64,000 nucleotides of DNA, from positions 2,661,891-2,725,890 of the forward strand of contig CAJFCJ010000002.1 of NCBI GenBank assembly GCA_904063045.1, read 5' to 3'. Shown one piece after another: positions 41,801-54,611 of this stretch. The notes beneath the pieces were generated by a model. That model saw nothing but the letters and a program-made list of their open reading frames with translations, did no database searches and was not told the DNA's origin. The position numbers and the translations under genes were made by a program. Source of the stretch: Dimorphilus gyrociliatus (Eukaryota > Animalia > Annelida). Numbering within the stretch: position 1 is the first letter of the stretch; each line of letters begins with the position of its first letter.

Positions 41801-42911
41801 ATATACTTCGTATCTCCTTTTAAAGCAAATATCTTTATCTATATTGCCGTATAACCATATCGGCCGGTTTCGACTTAAAATGATCTAATGATAAAATTTT
41901 AAATATAACGATATGAAGTATTTATAGATTAAATATAAATACACAACTGCGATATTGTTGTACACATGTATATTCTTATCGATTCTCCCTTGTACGTCTA
42001 CTCAATTACTTTCGACTGAATGAACAAGAGAACTTACAAGAGTGCAAACATTCCGTTATAGATGTCGCATCGACGTAGTATCCACCACAAAGAGGACAAG
42101 TTAAGTGAGGATTCAATTCGGCAACTCTGAGCAGCTTAGCAGAATTAGGGCTGTTTTTTTTGTTTAAAAAAAAAAAAAGACGAATTAAGAATTGATTATT
42201 TATCAGTCTAAACCTATAAGTCTGTGTGCTGTAAGTGAAAATAATAAAACACCAATGACTACTGAATTCCAAACCGGATAATCTCTAACACCGTCATCTG
42301 GGGGGGAGGGGGGCGAAAGGGAGTGGGAGACATGCAAAAACCACGGGTGGTCTCGTTCAGATAAATATATAAGAAAGATTTGTAGACTAGTAAGTCGTTT
42401 CGATAGAACATTTTATTCCGACTATGGTGAATAAAAAGCGACTAAGAGCGTCTACTATCGAAATACAAACAAGACGCATCTGTCCCCGAAGAGGCGTTTG
42501 AATGAGACTTACCTCTGACGAGCTAGAACAGTCTAAGTGTATATTTGCGTTATACCATATATGGAACGGTTTATTTGAGAAGCGTGACCGACTTCTATAT
42601 GGGTCAGAACAATCCGCTGCCTTTAGAGGCAGATGCAATCTTGCAGTTATAAAAAGTTAAAAAACCGATAGTTCGCTCTTGTTTGGAAATAAATAGTACT
42701 TTCTAATGCTAGCACGCGCGCTTTAAGAAACGCTCTTCTTTTTCATTACTGTAATGACACCCGCACGCACGAACGTGTATATCAATGTATAGGCTCTCAT
42801 ATATAAATATAATATATAAAATACATACCTGTGTTGCATAGGCTGATCAACTGTTAGCGGTAAAGACGTCAACAGCACCTTATCAGTCCTAGATAATCTA
42901 GGCGTCTCCAT
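38824..42911 (-). CDS. BMI1: PCGF-B: BMI1/Psc-like RING + RAWUL protein with long C-terminal region (~627 aa); exons 42911-42829, 42639-42513, 42297-42275, 42150-42038, 41518-40521, 40060-39997, 39915-39730, 39113-38824
   Basis: [26 protein letters not shown]|FCRSC...CPVC...[35 protein letters not shown] is close to BMI1/Psc, with [27 protein letters not shown]. All eight exons are phase-compatible (sum 1884 nt). The three N-terminal exons are less certain. Confidence 0.88.
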
Positions 42912-44162
42912 CTGAAAGCATAATATAAAATAGAAAACAGGTGATAAGAGCCTTGAGCGTTTTGCCCTAAAAAAAAAACCAGCCCTATTTTTCCCCACAA
43001 AGGCCGGCCACTTGACCAGCTGTGATTCGACCTTCACCTTTCGCCAACTTCTCCCGGGACAGAGAGTTGGCGCCAATTTTTTGAACCCCTTGGGCTGCCG
43101 AGTGTTCTATACGGCTTTTCATTGTTTATTTTGATTTTACAATGTTTTGGGGTCAGAATGAGGTTGTTCTGCAGATTAATAGGCAATGTATAATACAAAC
43201 TAACTAATGAATCCCCAAAAGATCTGTAAAACTGGTCTTCATTATGTATTAAATGGCACCTTGATTACGTAACCAAATAACGCAAGTTCATATTACTCTA
43301 TACACTTATGTACGAGTTTATAGTATTTCCTTCTAATTATTCTTCTTTTTTTTCAAACTATAGAATCCATATATTACGCTACATACTGATATAATCAATA
43401 AAAATTATTACTAAGATCTTAATCGACAGTTTAACCATTTCGCACCAGACGTCAGTTTTTATCATGTCATAATAGCTTTCCCGCATTGCATAATCTGTTA
43501 TACGGCAAAGGACAACTAGGCTAAATGTTAATCAGAAGTTCCTCTAGCGTTTAACGTAAAGTCAGATTTTTAGTTTGATTTTTACTATTTTAAAGCTACA
43601 ATTTCTAATGAAAGGGGTTGTGCTCTTAGTCGATCGGATTTATCGCACGATAGCCGCTTTTCATCAACTAAGTCCAGCTCTTTGACAAACGACACCTTGA
43701 TAAGAGTCTGTTTTCCAACCTAGAAAGTTCAGCTTTAAATGCTTATTCATCGATTTTTCACGCCGTCTAAAAATCGCCAAAGCAGCGTCTAGTCCAGCGT
43801 ACAATTTCTATTGTACACGCATTCAAATGGAAACGTGACACATGACTAGTATACAATCTAGGATGCTAAAATACAATACCACGTGATATATATCCAAAAA
43901 CATTAGTTATTATCCAAATATATATAGGTTGTGCATAAAATGTGAACGTGCTGCCGTTGTGACGCGAAGTAGAACAAAATTTGGGTAGAAAATCGAAACT
44001 AGGTAAATTTTGCGAAGCGCCAACGTGCGGCGACCCACTTGTAAAAATACGGCCGCCATATTGATTCGTACATAAACAAAGAAACTCGACAAAATTTGAC
44101 TGAAATACTCTCCTAGCTACTTGAAACTCTCAAAACACATTTGATATATTTTAATCTCTTAC

Positions 44163-44540
44163 CTGCGTAAAAATTTTGCTTCAAATCCAAAGAAATCCAA
44201 TGAAAAAAGACAAAATCTCACAAACACCGGCTAGATGCACAGAGAGCGTTATTTCAACGTGACCACGTGACGCATTTTGACCTACTTACGCTAAGATTTG
44301 CATACGCTTGCGCATGCGTACTGCTTGACTAACGCAGACTTCACGCTATTCAGAGGGCAATGTGGTCAGATGAGCTGTCAAACGAAGATTGATGCTTTCC
44401 ACTTTAAGATAGCTCTGTCCCACTTACGTAATTGGGTCGTTCCAGGCGTTCCTTTTGGTTTATAGTGGTTACATAACTATTATAATTATGAATATTCATA
44501 AGTGAACGGCCCGAAGCGCGTTGTCACGTGACTACATACA
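44163..44540 (-). promoter_or_regulatory. Probable promoter and non-coding first exon of PCGF-B
   Basis: Minus-strand donor CGCAG|gtaaga at 44163. E-boxes at 44263 (CCACGTGAC) and 44523 (GTCACGTGAC), an NRF1-like TGCGCATGCGT at 44309, and a YY1-like CCGCCATATTG at 44053 just downstream. Confidence 0.5.
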
Positions 44541-47500
44541 TATATGTACATTAGAAAGCGGTAATTAATCATGATTTAAACAGCCCGCATATTTCGACTT
44601 TCCAATTTTTCGTCAAATAGCAGATTCGAGGGTTTCTTTTGTTCTATGTTTGAATATACTGAAATAGGTTAATTAGGATCGTTTAGGTGAAAATTTATTT
44701 CAATTAAGCAAAGAAAATAAACTTTTCACAGTTAGCACGCAAATATGGAAATTATAAACGGAACGGAGAACCCTTCTTATCGGACGCACATGGCGCAGCA
44801 CATTGTGTAGATTAAATCATTCAAAAAGAGTAAAAATACCTTTAAAACTCGTATATTAAACACTCTATGAGAAATAATATACATTTAACGATTAGTTTTA
44901 GATCTATTATCTAAACTTTCGCACGAAATATATCGGTTTTTTTTTTATGTCATACACAAAATTTTTTTTTTTCCTTTTTTTAGAACTTTGCGCGCGCTCT
45001 TGACGCTTCCCATGAATATTATCGGGCGGTCGTTTTTTTTTGGTGAATAAATAGACGTTTCGGCTCTTTTCATTTAGCAGGTAAAACTTTTAATTTGCTT
45101 ACATAAATCATACGACCTTTCATTTTTTTTTACGTTGACACGCATTATTTGCATTTTTTCGGAAAAGTTTCTTTCCCTTCTCTTTTTTTTTAACTTTTAG
45201 ATAATTGAAACCTTCTCCCTTTCTTTAATTCAATACATAATGAAATACTTAATTTATCAATTAATTTATTCATTGTTTTTAGAATTAAAAAAAACAAGGA
45301 TTGTCAAAGGTAGTTAATTGTTAAACTAACATTCACGCGATATCTATGCTGTGAATTGCGCAACGTCCAACGTACATGTATTCTCACGTTCTTTTTACTC
45401 TTTTTTTTTCTATTTAAGCTTAATGAAATATTCAAATATTTAGAACATTTGAAAATATGGTCCAAGTGTTTGATATAAGTGTTTGAACTGTTCTGAAAAG
45501 CGCATAAGGTATAACGCCTTTGGAACGGGTGTCCGCTACTTGAAAGAATAAGACCGACATACATCAGTGTATATATATGAAAACGTGCCGCCGATACTGT
45601 TGGTAAACACGTTCGTCATTTATAAGGGTAAAAAAATCCGTCTTAATACTTTTGGTATTTATACTTAAATTTTACGTTCGTTTTATTACGTCAACTATTC
45701 GAAGTATTATTTCACGCAGAGTCACGTGATAGACGTTTCGTTTTATCTTTTTTAGCGAGAAATTGTTACTTTTTAAAACTTTCAATGTAGAAAGTAGAAA
45801 AAAATTAGTGAATTCCTTAATACCCGTTAAGACTTAGGGTAATGTTTTATTACATAACATTTCACACACACATATATATATATATATAAGGAAGGTAGCT
45901 TTTACTTTTTCTATTTAAATTTAAACATTTATTCCTTTACCGATAACTAGAATTTAAATCTATTCTAATAGACATTAAATGTATAACATATGCAGCTGCC
46001 TAAACGGTGTATGCAGGTATGGAGGTCTTAAAAAATCATTTTTTTCCTAATTTGAATTTCAATGTAGAAGGCGGCAGATGTTAAATGAAAACATTCAAAT
46101 TTTATATACTGGATACTTTGTTGCGGCTTTGAATAAATTGGCAGCATTTTCAAAGAATTTTATGGCGCGGCAATTTCAATGCTTGATATTTCTCATGCGG
46201 AAAATAAGTGCCTATGATTTTAAATATACAACTGACAGATCATAAGGGATCGTTTTGTATATAGAAAGAATAACGAATATTTTTTTGATATCTATCTAAT
46301 TCTTTCTTTCTTTCTCTTTACTTTCACTTTTTGCGATCAAATGAATCTTATTTCTGAAATTAACGACATTCACAAGTTCTGCTTTCAATTGGCGTTCATA
46401 TAAAAAATTATTCTTCTTTTGAATATATATTTAATTAATAGGGTCAAATTAAGCTACTATTGTCCTCTGCAAACTTAGCCCTCCGGGTCTGACATTTTGA
46501 CACGACTCTGTCACTTCCTGCGCCGACACACGAAAATTATATAATTAGAAAGACTTGCTAACTGTCTGATGATTTATTTGGCTAAAACGAACAATATACA
46601 TGATCTTCCAGCGTACCGTATGGTGACGTAACCTCGACGGGAAGTTACACGATCTGAGCGGCCATATATAAAAAGGAGCTCGCCTTTGATGTAGCCGCTT
46701 GCTTGTGATTGGTTCGTTTAATATACAATCTCTTTATTTGTTGCGTGTCATCTTGTGCTAGTTTTTTCGGTATTTAAATAGGGTGTGAATTCGTTGCTAT
46801 TGTTTGAATCAGCCATTTTTCACCTGCATGAATATGGGATAAAGTTATTTTTTTTAAATTAAATAAATTGCTTTGTAAACACAGGTGTTTGTCGTCGATT
46901 GAATAATTACGAATGCCTTAGGTGCATATATGTATTAATATTAATTATCCTTTTTTTTTCATGGCTATAGGAAATTACGATGCACGATCACGCGCTTTTA
47001 TCTTGGAAATCCGAACTGGTACGCTTTTATATATACTTGCATTCCCTTTTTGTACATATAACCCCCCCTTGCATACATAAATTTCTTTAAAGCACGCGTG
47101 CGGTCCATTATTGAAAGGTCTTAGGGGCCTTTTGAATATTCAACGCTTAATTTAACACTGTAACCTTACCAAGTTATACGATTAAGTGGAACGTATCATT
47201 AAATTTAATCACTATAATAGTAATAGCATAGATTTCGATTCGAGTATATTTTTGTACCTCATAACTTTTAACAAATTATTTACATTTCAGTTTAGTTTAT
47301 CAATCCTATAAATACATTTTTAATATCCTTTATTACTCATCTTGTACTAAATCGGAGATAAATTATGAGTAAAATGTTTGTTCAGTTAAGTATTATTTAC
47401 CCTACAATAAAAAGAATTTGTATATCATTTTTCTTCTCTAAGTAAGTTCTTTGTAAAAAGTAACGTTGTGTTGCTTCCTGTCTTTTATAATATTATGAAA

Positions 47501-48148
47501 AAATTCTATATTTAAGGTTAGAAATCTGGAGAAAATTGAGAAGAGACTTGAAAGAGAGTTCAGTAATAGATGTAAAAAAATACTTTCGGCTCTACGCTAA
47601 CTATTATACTTTGAGTTTTATTTACGAATCGGAAAGTTTATACACGATTGAGAACGGAATTTCTCTCTTTTACAAGTCTTGCGTTAACATTCTCCAGCCA
47701 TAATGGCCAATTAACTCTGCAGTGGAGGCTTTACAGCTCATTATGTACATATGCCGATATTCTCTTTACGACTAACCAAATTAACACTAGAGCTGCTGTT
47801 TTATTATCAAAGTCGTTATCCCTCCATTCCTGCCCGATATGATTTGAAGATATGCAAATGACAAACAACTTGGGTACATAGTTATAAGTTATAAAATAAT
47901 AAAATAGTAATTTAAATCTACCATATACTAGCCGAAACAACTTTGAAGGAGTATATTCATCAGTCAGGCTACTTGAAATGACCTAGGAACATTAAAGGAA
48001 ATAGCATCATGGGCTATTGTACCGCCATTCTCCTAATTACCATTTTTTTCAAATGTATTATAAAATCGATTTAGTTACTATGTCAATAAACTTTACAAAG
48101 TTGACTGAATCGCTACATTGTTGCTCTCTATGAGCATGTGTCGTAAAC

Positions 48149-48180
<32 letters not shown>

Positions 48181-49014
48181 GCATACAGTATATCTATTTA
48201 TATATATATACGCTCACAGGAATAGATGGTGGTTACCATTCGCGCAAGTACACATGTACAGCGCATACAAAGAGAATATATATATATACTAATAGTTTGA
48301 TGAGTATCATACAAGGGTCGGAATGGCTTGATCAGAAAATTTCTCTTTTTAACAAAAGGATCTAATTGATTTTAAGATTGCTAACCTCAGATAATTGATA
48401 AGAAAAAACCTCTTTTAAATCGACAAAGGTTGATCTTATCTCTTGGATTTCTTAATTCTTATATACATGATGCTATCGCTAATTTAAGTAATATCAAAAA
48501 AAAAGAAAACTTTTTTGTGTACTTTTTTTCCTCCTCTTATTTTTTCAGTCCATCCGAATCTTCTCGCTTCTGTAGCTTATCTAGTAATTTTTATGTTAGA
48601 AATACCTATGTCTATTCGGAATATTAGTGTTTTTATATTATACAGTGTAGTTTGTAAAAAGAATTTTCCTCAAGGCTTCAGCGAAATGGTATATAATCTG
48701 AATAGCGTCTACAGGAAAGAAGAGGGATATTCGTTCAACAAAGTGTACACAGAGTCTTTATATCTGGCACACGTAGGCGTCTTATAGTCATTCATTGTAG
48801 CTTTAGGTATACTATATTGTTTACATCGAAAAATAGCGCCACCTACGCACACGGAAACTGGCTAATAGGGTGAATTAGCGAATGAGCGAAGAGATGACGC
48901 TAAAAATACAATCTTGATGATGAAGAATGAAAATGAATTGGGGTCAAGGGAATAAGCGAAGGGAAATATTTAATGCGTCATTTGAAGAAACGCGGTGCCA
49001 AGCGGTGTCGTTGA

Positions 49015-49432
49015 GACAAATTTGGACAGCTAACTGTAAAAAGTAATATTTAACGTCCTCCGTTACGTATCGGATTTCTCCTCCCCGGGTACAAGGTGTG
49101 CGTCCACGCTGTTTACCTTCGATCCCAGGGGGGATTCTTTTCGCTGCAGCTAATCAAAACGGTTTTGCACGGCGTCTAGCTTTAGATCTAACGTGGCTAT
49201 GCTGGACAAGATTAGAGAAACGGCGAACTTATTATTTTTAATAAGACTACGCAGAATCGCCAGAGAATCCTGTTGATTACAAAAAAAATGTCGCTCAAAC
49301 TGTAATCTGACATCGTATTTTGCAGAGTTCCCGTTGTTGCAGCTGTCAAGGCGACGGTTTGATATATGAATCGCTAATGGAGTCGATTAGCGATGAGGAA
49401 AACGCGTCGGACGCGTACTAGTGTCGACATCT
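49015..49432. repeat. Duplicated non-coding element, copy 1 (direct paralog of 57185-57600)
   Basis: Colinear shared blocks, e.g. aaaaagtaata, gatttct, ggtacaa, ttatttttaataa, aactgtaatctg, gcagctgtcaa, gtttgatatatgaatcgctaatgga.tcgattagcga and agtgtcgacatctg. Confidence 0.85.
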
Positions 49433-51138
49433 GCTGGTCCCTAATTTGCGGTTTCCATTACAGCATTTTCTCAATATCTTACTATAACTGACACTTGTTA
49501 AGATCAAAGAGAAAATACCGTTTAAACTAAATTTGTTTGACTCGATTCAGATTAAGGCGGGTAACGTTACTTTGTATGACAATAGCTTTAACGCACAATT
49601 GAAAGTTTGAAGGGTAATAATCGTGAGTTTCGTGACGCGAGTTTCACAGAAGTCTCTCTTTGTCCACATTGGGAATTTTTTCGGAATAAGAATAAAGAGA
49701 ATATAGGAAATCGAAAAAGTGCATTTTTTTTTGTTTCAGAAGGGAAAAAAGTCCTGTTTTTTTACGATCGTTCGTCTTCTATAAAGGAAAAATGAAGGTG
49801 AAGAAGAAAAGAAAGAATAGCTAGAAAGTTTTAGTTTTTCAATTCGGTAATATTAGAGGGTATAAAGTATGTACATAGTCAAATAATTTATGGGAAGCTC
49901 TCTGAAACCTCGTATAAATAATACCTAGCAGAAAGCGCAGATAGCTGGCTTCCGGTGGTCAATCTTTTGTTTATTTCGGCTGTTATTGATTGGTAAAATT
50001 TCCTTTCTGAAAATAAGACAGCTGATATGTTGTTTACAGAGCAGATAGCCAGATGGCATCTCCTATGGTATTATTCAAACTGGAAGATATATCTATTCAT
50101 AATTCAAATATAATGTGCATTTACATACTATGACTTTCATTAATGTAACTAATTAAACTTAAAAATGTGCGCCACAAAGTAACTTAATCTTCAATAAATA
50201 TAAATATAAATTGTCATAAAAATAAAATATTCTCAGTACTATTAAGCTTTCGTGAGAGAAAATGACAAGTCTGAGAGTGATTCACGAGCCGATCCCTTAC
50301 AGCGCCCCGCTGTGTCGACCCTTTGACACACTTGATATTTATCTAGATAGATAAAGTTCCGATTAGACTCTGGTAGTTTGGTTGAAATTATTATTCGATG
50401 AGTGTCTCTCATTTAGTGTGTTCTCCTGCAAAGAAAGAGGAAAAATTGCATTAATTCAGGCAATATAATTTAAAATCATGAACATAAAATCTTTTTTTTC
50501 AAAAGGTTAATCTTTTTTTTATTGTTGTTTGCTTAAAAAAAAGGATTAACATCGTTGTTTTGCGGAGTTCTTTTTAAGTGCTAGTTTATCTTCAATCCCG
50601 AGTACACAAGTTTTTTAAGTAATTCTTTTCCTCTCGTTTAACTGGATATTTATTAAATATTCATCGTTTCTCGACCAAGATAGTTTCCTTTCCTCTCCTA
50701 TTTCATTCACTTGGTGAAGCGTGAACGAAAAAAGGGGAATTTTTTTTCCCATAGACAATTCAAAGACTTCCCTCCAAATTACAATAAGGAATTCGAAACC
50801 CCCAAAGCTAATTAAGAATTTTTATAGTACTTGGTAACGAAATCCCAAATATCGATCGGTCGGATTAATTGTTTTTCGAGACACGCCATCTAACGGTCGG
50901 GTTTCAATGCTTTTTTTTTTAATTCCCTCCAACGAAAATGAGTCTGTCATCAGGCGGCGCTACGAATTTCATCATTTGATGATCTGTAGATAAATTCATC
51001 CCTATAACTAAAACGAACAAGCTTTTAATTAGTAAATTATAGGCTTCCCAACTCAGCCATTTAAAGTGAGAAAACCGTAGAAAAAAAAGATAGAGAATGA
51101 AAGAGCGTGTGTATATTTGTGTTAGTGTGTGAATGGGC

Positions 51139-51175
51139 GAGAGAGAGAGGGAGAGACAGAGAGAGACAGAGAGAG
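51139..51175. repeat. (GA)n-rich microsatellite
   Basis: gagagagagagggagagacagagagagacagagagag. Confidence 0.8.
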
Positions 51176-54100
51176 TTGATTCAAACCGATAAAGAACCTT
51201 TTAAAGCTACGTGATGACAAGTGTTCATATTTGTCGTCCATTTTCGAATAGCGAAAATAAATATAACTGTGAAATTAATTACATGACATATTGACCAAAT
51301 ATAATAAACTTTAAGCGTAGTACAAATATTATTTTACAAAAGCCGATAAGTCGGAAGGTACACATTTTTAGAGAATTTTATCATTTCGACTTATCAGAAA
51401 ATAAACTTTGGAGGAAAAAAAGCTTTTAGAATAAAAAGAAACTTTTAAACAATTTATAAATAACAATATTAGCTTAGACTTTAATTTCTTTTTAATATTT
51501 TCCTAGATTTCTCTCTTCTCTTTTATAGTAGAAATTAGGAAACTGTTTTTACGACTGTTTTTTAAAAATACCTTGTCTAAAAGCCCTTATTCTTCTTCCA
51601 CATGAGTACTATTTCTATTTGAATATATTGAATGGTGCTAGTTTTTTAATAGTTCGCCTTTAAGACTGATTGTGAAGTCAAATATGCGTAAAAAACTATT
51701 TTGAATTTGTACACTGACTTAGAAAATTAACCGTTTTTTATTTTTTTTAAAACTATTTGGAAACTATTCTATATAGAGTTTAAATATGTTCGTTTATACG
51801 CATTTCAATAATATACGAACAGTATATATTTAGATAATTCTTTTTATTAGGAGATGATTACGCAATAATCCTAAAGCTTAAAGAAGGTAATCAGTATAAG
51901 ATTATCTTGCTATTTCGTCACTCGCAATTAATGTCAAGATCTAGTTTTAAGATGAATATCGAGAAATAAGGGTGCCATTATACGATAATGAACGAGATAC
52001 AGGACAGCTTGAACGTATAATTGCTGTCTTGAACATTTTATAAGAATAAGCAGGTGTTTTCCCATCGATAAACGAAACTGTGACAAAGATATAAAAGTCA
52101 TAAATTTTAACTGTTAAAGAAAAAAGAATTTTTTTCAAGTGCGCCGACTCTTGACCGTTTCCGGTTCATCAGGGAAAATTGGCATAAATTCGTGAGAATC
52201 TTAGAATCTAAAAGATTATGCAATATTAATTAATTCCGGTAGTTACACGTATAATTGTACCTGATGCCGATCCCTGGTTGATATATGAGTTGCTCTGCAC
52301 AGTTGTTATCTGTCAAACGGAATATTCATTTACAAAAATTACCTAGATTTACGATATCCGAGGACTAGGCTACTATAAATAAATGCGGCTGAGGAAAAAA
52401 TAGGTTAAAGACAGTAAAAAAATACTTTCATTGCTATCATTAAGATAAAAAAAAAACGCTTCTTGTTATCAAAAAAGTTTACATTGCGATATAATATAAA
52501 TTGAACTATAATTTTGGCCTACTTCAATTCATCTACGGTCAACAAAGAGGTAACCGACATTTTTTCAAAGGCTTATCAATATTAAGTAACATTTTATAGC
52601 TTATCGTTTTCACATGATTTATCTGCTTGTTAAGCAGGTCTCACTTGAAAATAATAATCGAAGTTTCGAGCAAACAAGAGACGCCCTTTGAAGTTTGATT
52701 TCAAAATACATTTATATTTATTCTAGATGCTTTAGTCCGTGAGGATTGAGCTGTTTGAATGTGTTGAACGCTTTACAAATGAAATAATTAAGATCGATTG
52801 TCGCCCTTGTAAGTGGTGCGTGTTTAATAACGGTATCGACAGCTTTCGACGGTGTTCATGTCTAGTTCACGCACCATTGTATATGGGGTCTTTGTTTATT
52901 TCCATTTTTGATAGACATGCGTGTACAATTACTCTAATGTGTTAATTAGTAGTTTGTTTGCTGGTATGTTTTGATCAATTAATTACTTACATATAAAAAT
53001 ATACAATTAATTTATAGATGATAACTTGGACACACAATTGATCATATAACGGAAGTTTCGTAGACATATTTGGCACATGGATTACTCGAAAACGCAATTT
53101 AATTGGTCACGCTACGTTCATTTTCCAGAAATCTGCGTAAGGATATATTATATAACATTACATAATACCAAGGAACACTTAAACGTCTTCAACATTCCAT
53201 ATTCTTTATTGATTATATGTTATAGTAAAAGTGTATGAACTATAGAAATAAAATAATTAATTTTAAAATGCGCATGCGTTAAGTTTTTATGACTTTTGAT
53301 TAAATAGGTCAACTCTCGTCACGGGGTTACAAAGATGTTAAAGGAAAAGAACTCAAAGAATGAATTGTTAAATTATAAAAGCCGATATTATTTCTCGCCG
53401 CCGTTCAATTCTCTATGCGCCAAATCAATACAGCCGTCGTACTTTCGCAACTGGGTCGCCGTTTGATGGCGCTGCAATCACCAACTTTTTTTAAATGTTA
53501 ATAGTTCTATTTTAAGGAAAAGAAACTTTTCAGCGGGAAATTGTTAATGGTTATTATAATATTAACAAAAAGTTATTTATTTATTATATATATAAAAAAA
53601 ACAGTTATAAAAAAATGTATAGATATAATGCATAAATGCATTTTTTTATATAATTTGATCCGATCAGTAATCTCAACGGACGATTTATCTTTATAGTCCA
53701 ATAAATTTGAATAGATATCTTCTAATTCGCTCCTATTTATCATTTATATCTTGTAAATACTTTTAGAACTCTTTTTGAATAATAATAATAAAAAAATTTC
53801 TAATATCCTATTGCATTTCTTATTGAATTATGAATATTCATTAGCAGAAAAAAATTTAAATATTCAAGAAATTTTCATTTTTCGTCTATTTTTTCTTTAA
53901 AATTCATTACAAACAAAGGTAATATTAATATAGAAAGTAGCAAAATCTTACCTGCTATTAAATAATTTATTTCCGGGACAATGAATCAAATTATCGGAAT
54001 TTCTATGTCTATTCATATTGACAGGGAACTCAATTTATCCTTCTCCGCTAATGTATTCATAAATTTGTTGCTTAATTAAATTTATTATCATCAAAGTTAC

Positions 54101-54562
54101 TGTTTGTCAGTGTTTGTCATATGGTTTTTTGTTTTCCTTTATATCTTGTGTAAGCTTTTTTTAAAAAGAAAAAATAAATCTTTAATAATTGCGGTCAAAG
54201 AAAATTAGCTTAGTTTAAATATTAGGAGAAGTTTTGCCTGAGGCTGTTATCACCTGTTTCCTATTTTTCACGGGCAGATGGAGACGTCTGGTATATCAAT
54301 CAATAGATAAAAGTACTTTTCCGACAGCTGATAGGCCTGAATCGATGTATTATATTGGCTCTTAACCATTTACAGATGTTACTTATTTTGGGCTTTTACT
54401 AGTTTGAAGTGAACTTAAAAAAAAAGTTTTATTGTCTAATTTGAATATTGTAATTAGGAATTACTAATGTTTGTACTAATCGTTAAAATTTCTGATAATT
54501 GACAATACTAAATCCCATAAACTAGAATCTTTATAAATCTATTGAGAGAGCGAACTTTATTT

Positions 54563-54611
54563 TGACCCATATAGAAGTCGGTCACGCTTTCCAAATAAGT
54601 CGTTCTATATA
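54563..54611 (+). repeat. 49-bp inverted copy of part of PCGF-B cassette exon (42558-42606)
   Basis: 44/49 identity by hand alignment, including 27 identical bases tgacccatatagaagtcggtcacgctt. Confidence 0.9.

Noticed and set aside
54038-54051. 14-bp inverted match to membralin exon positions 46-59
   Set aside because: Matches of this length are expected by chance in a 64-kb AT-rich window.
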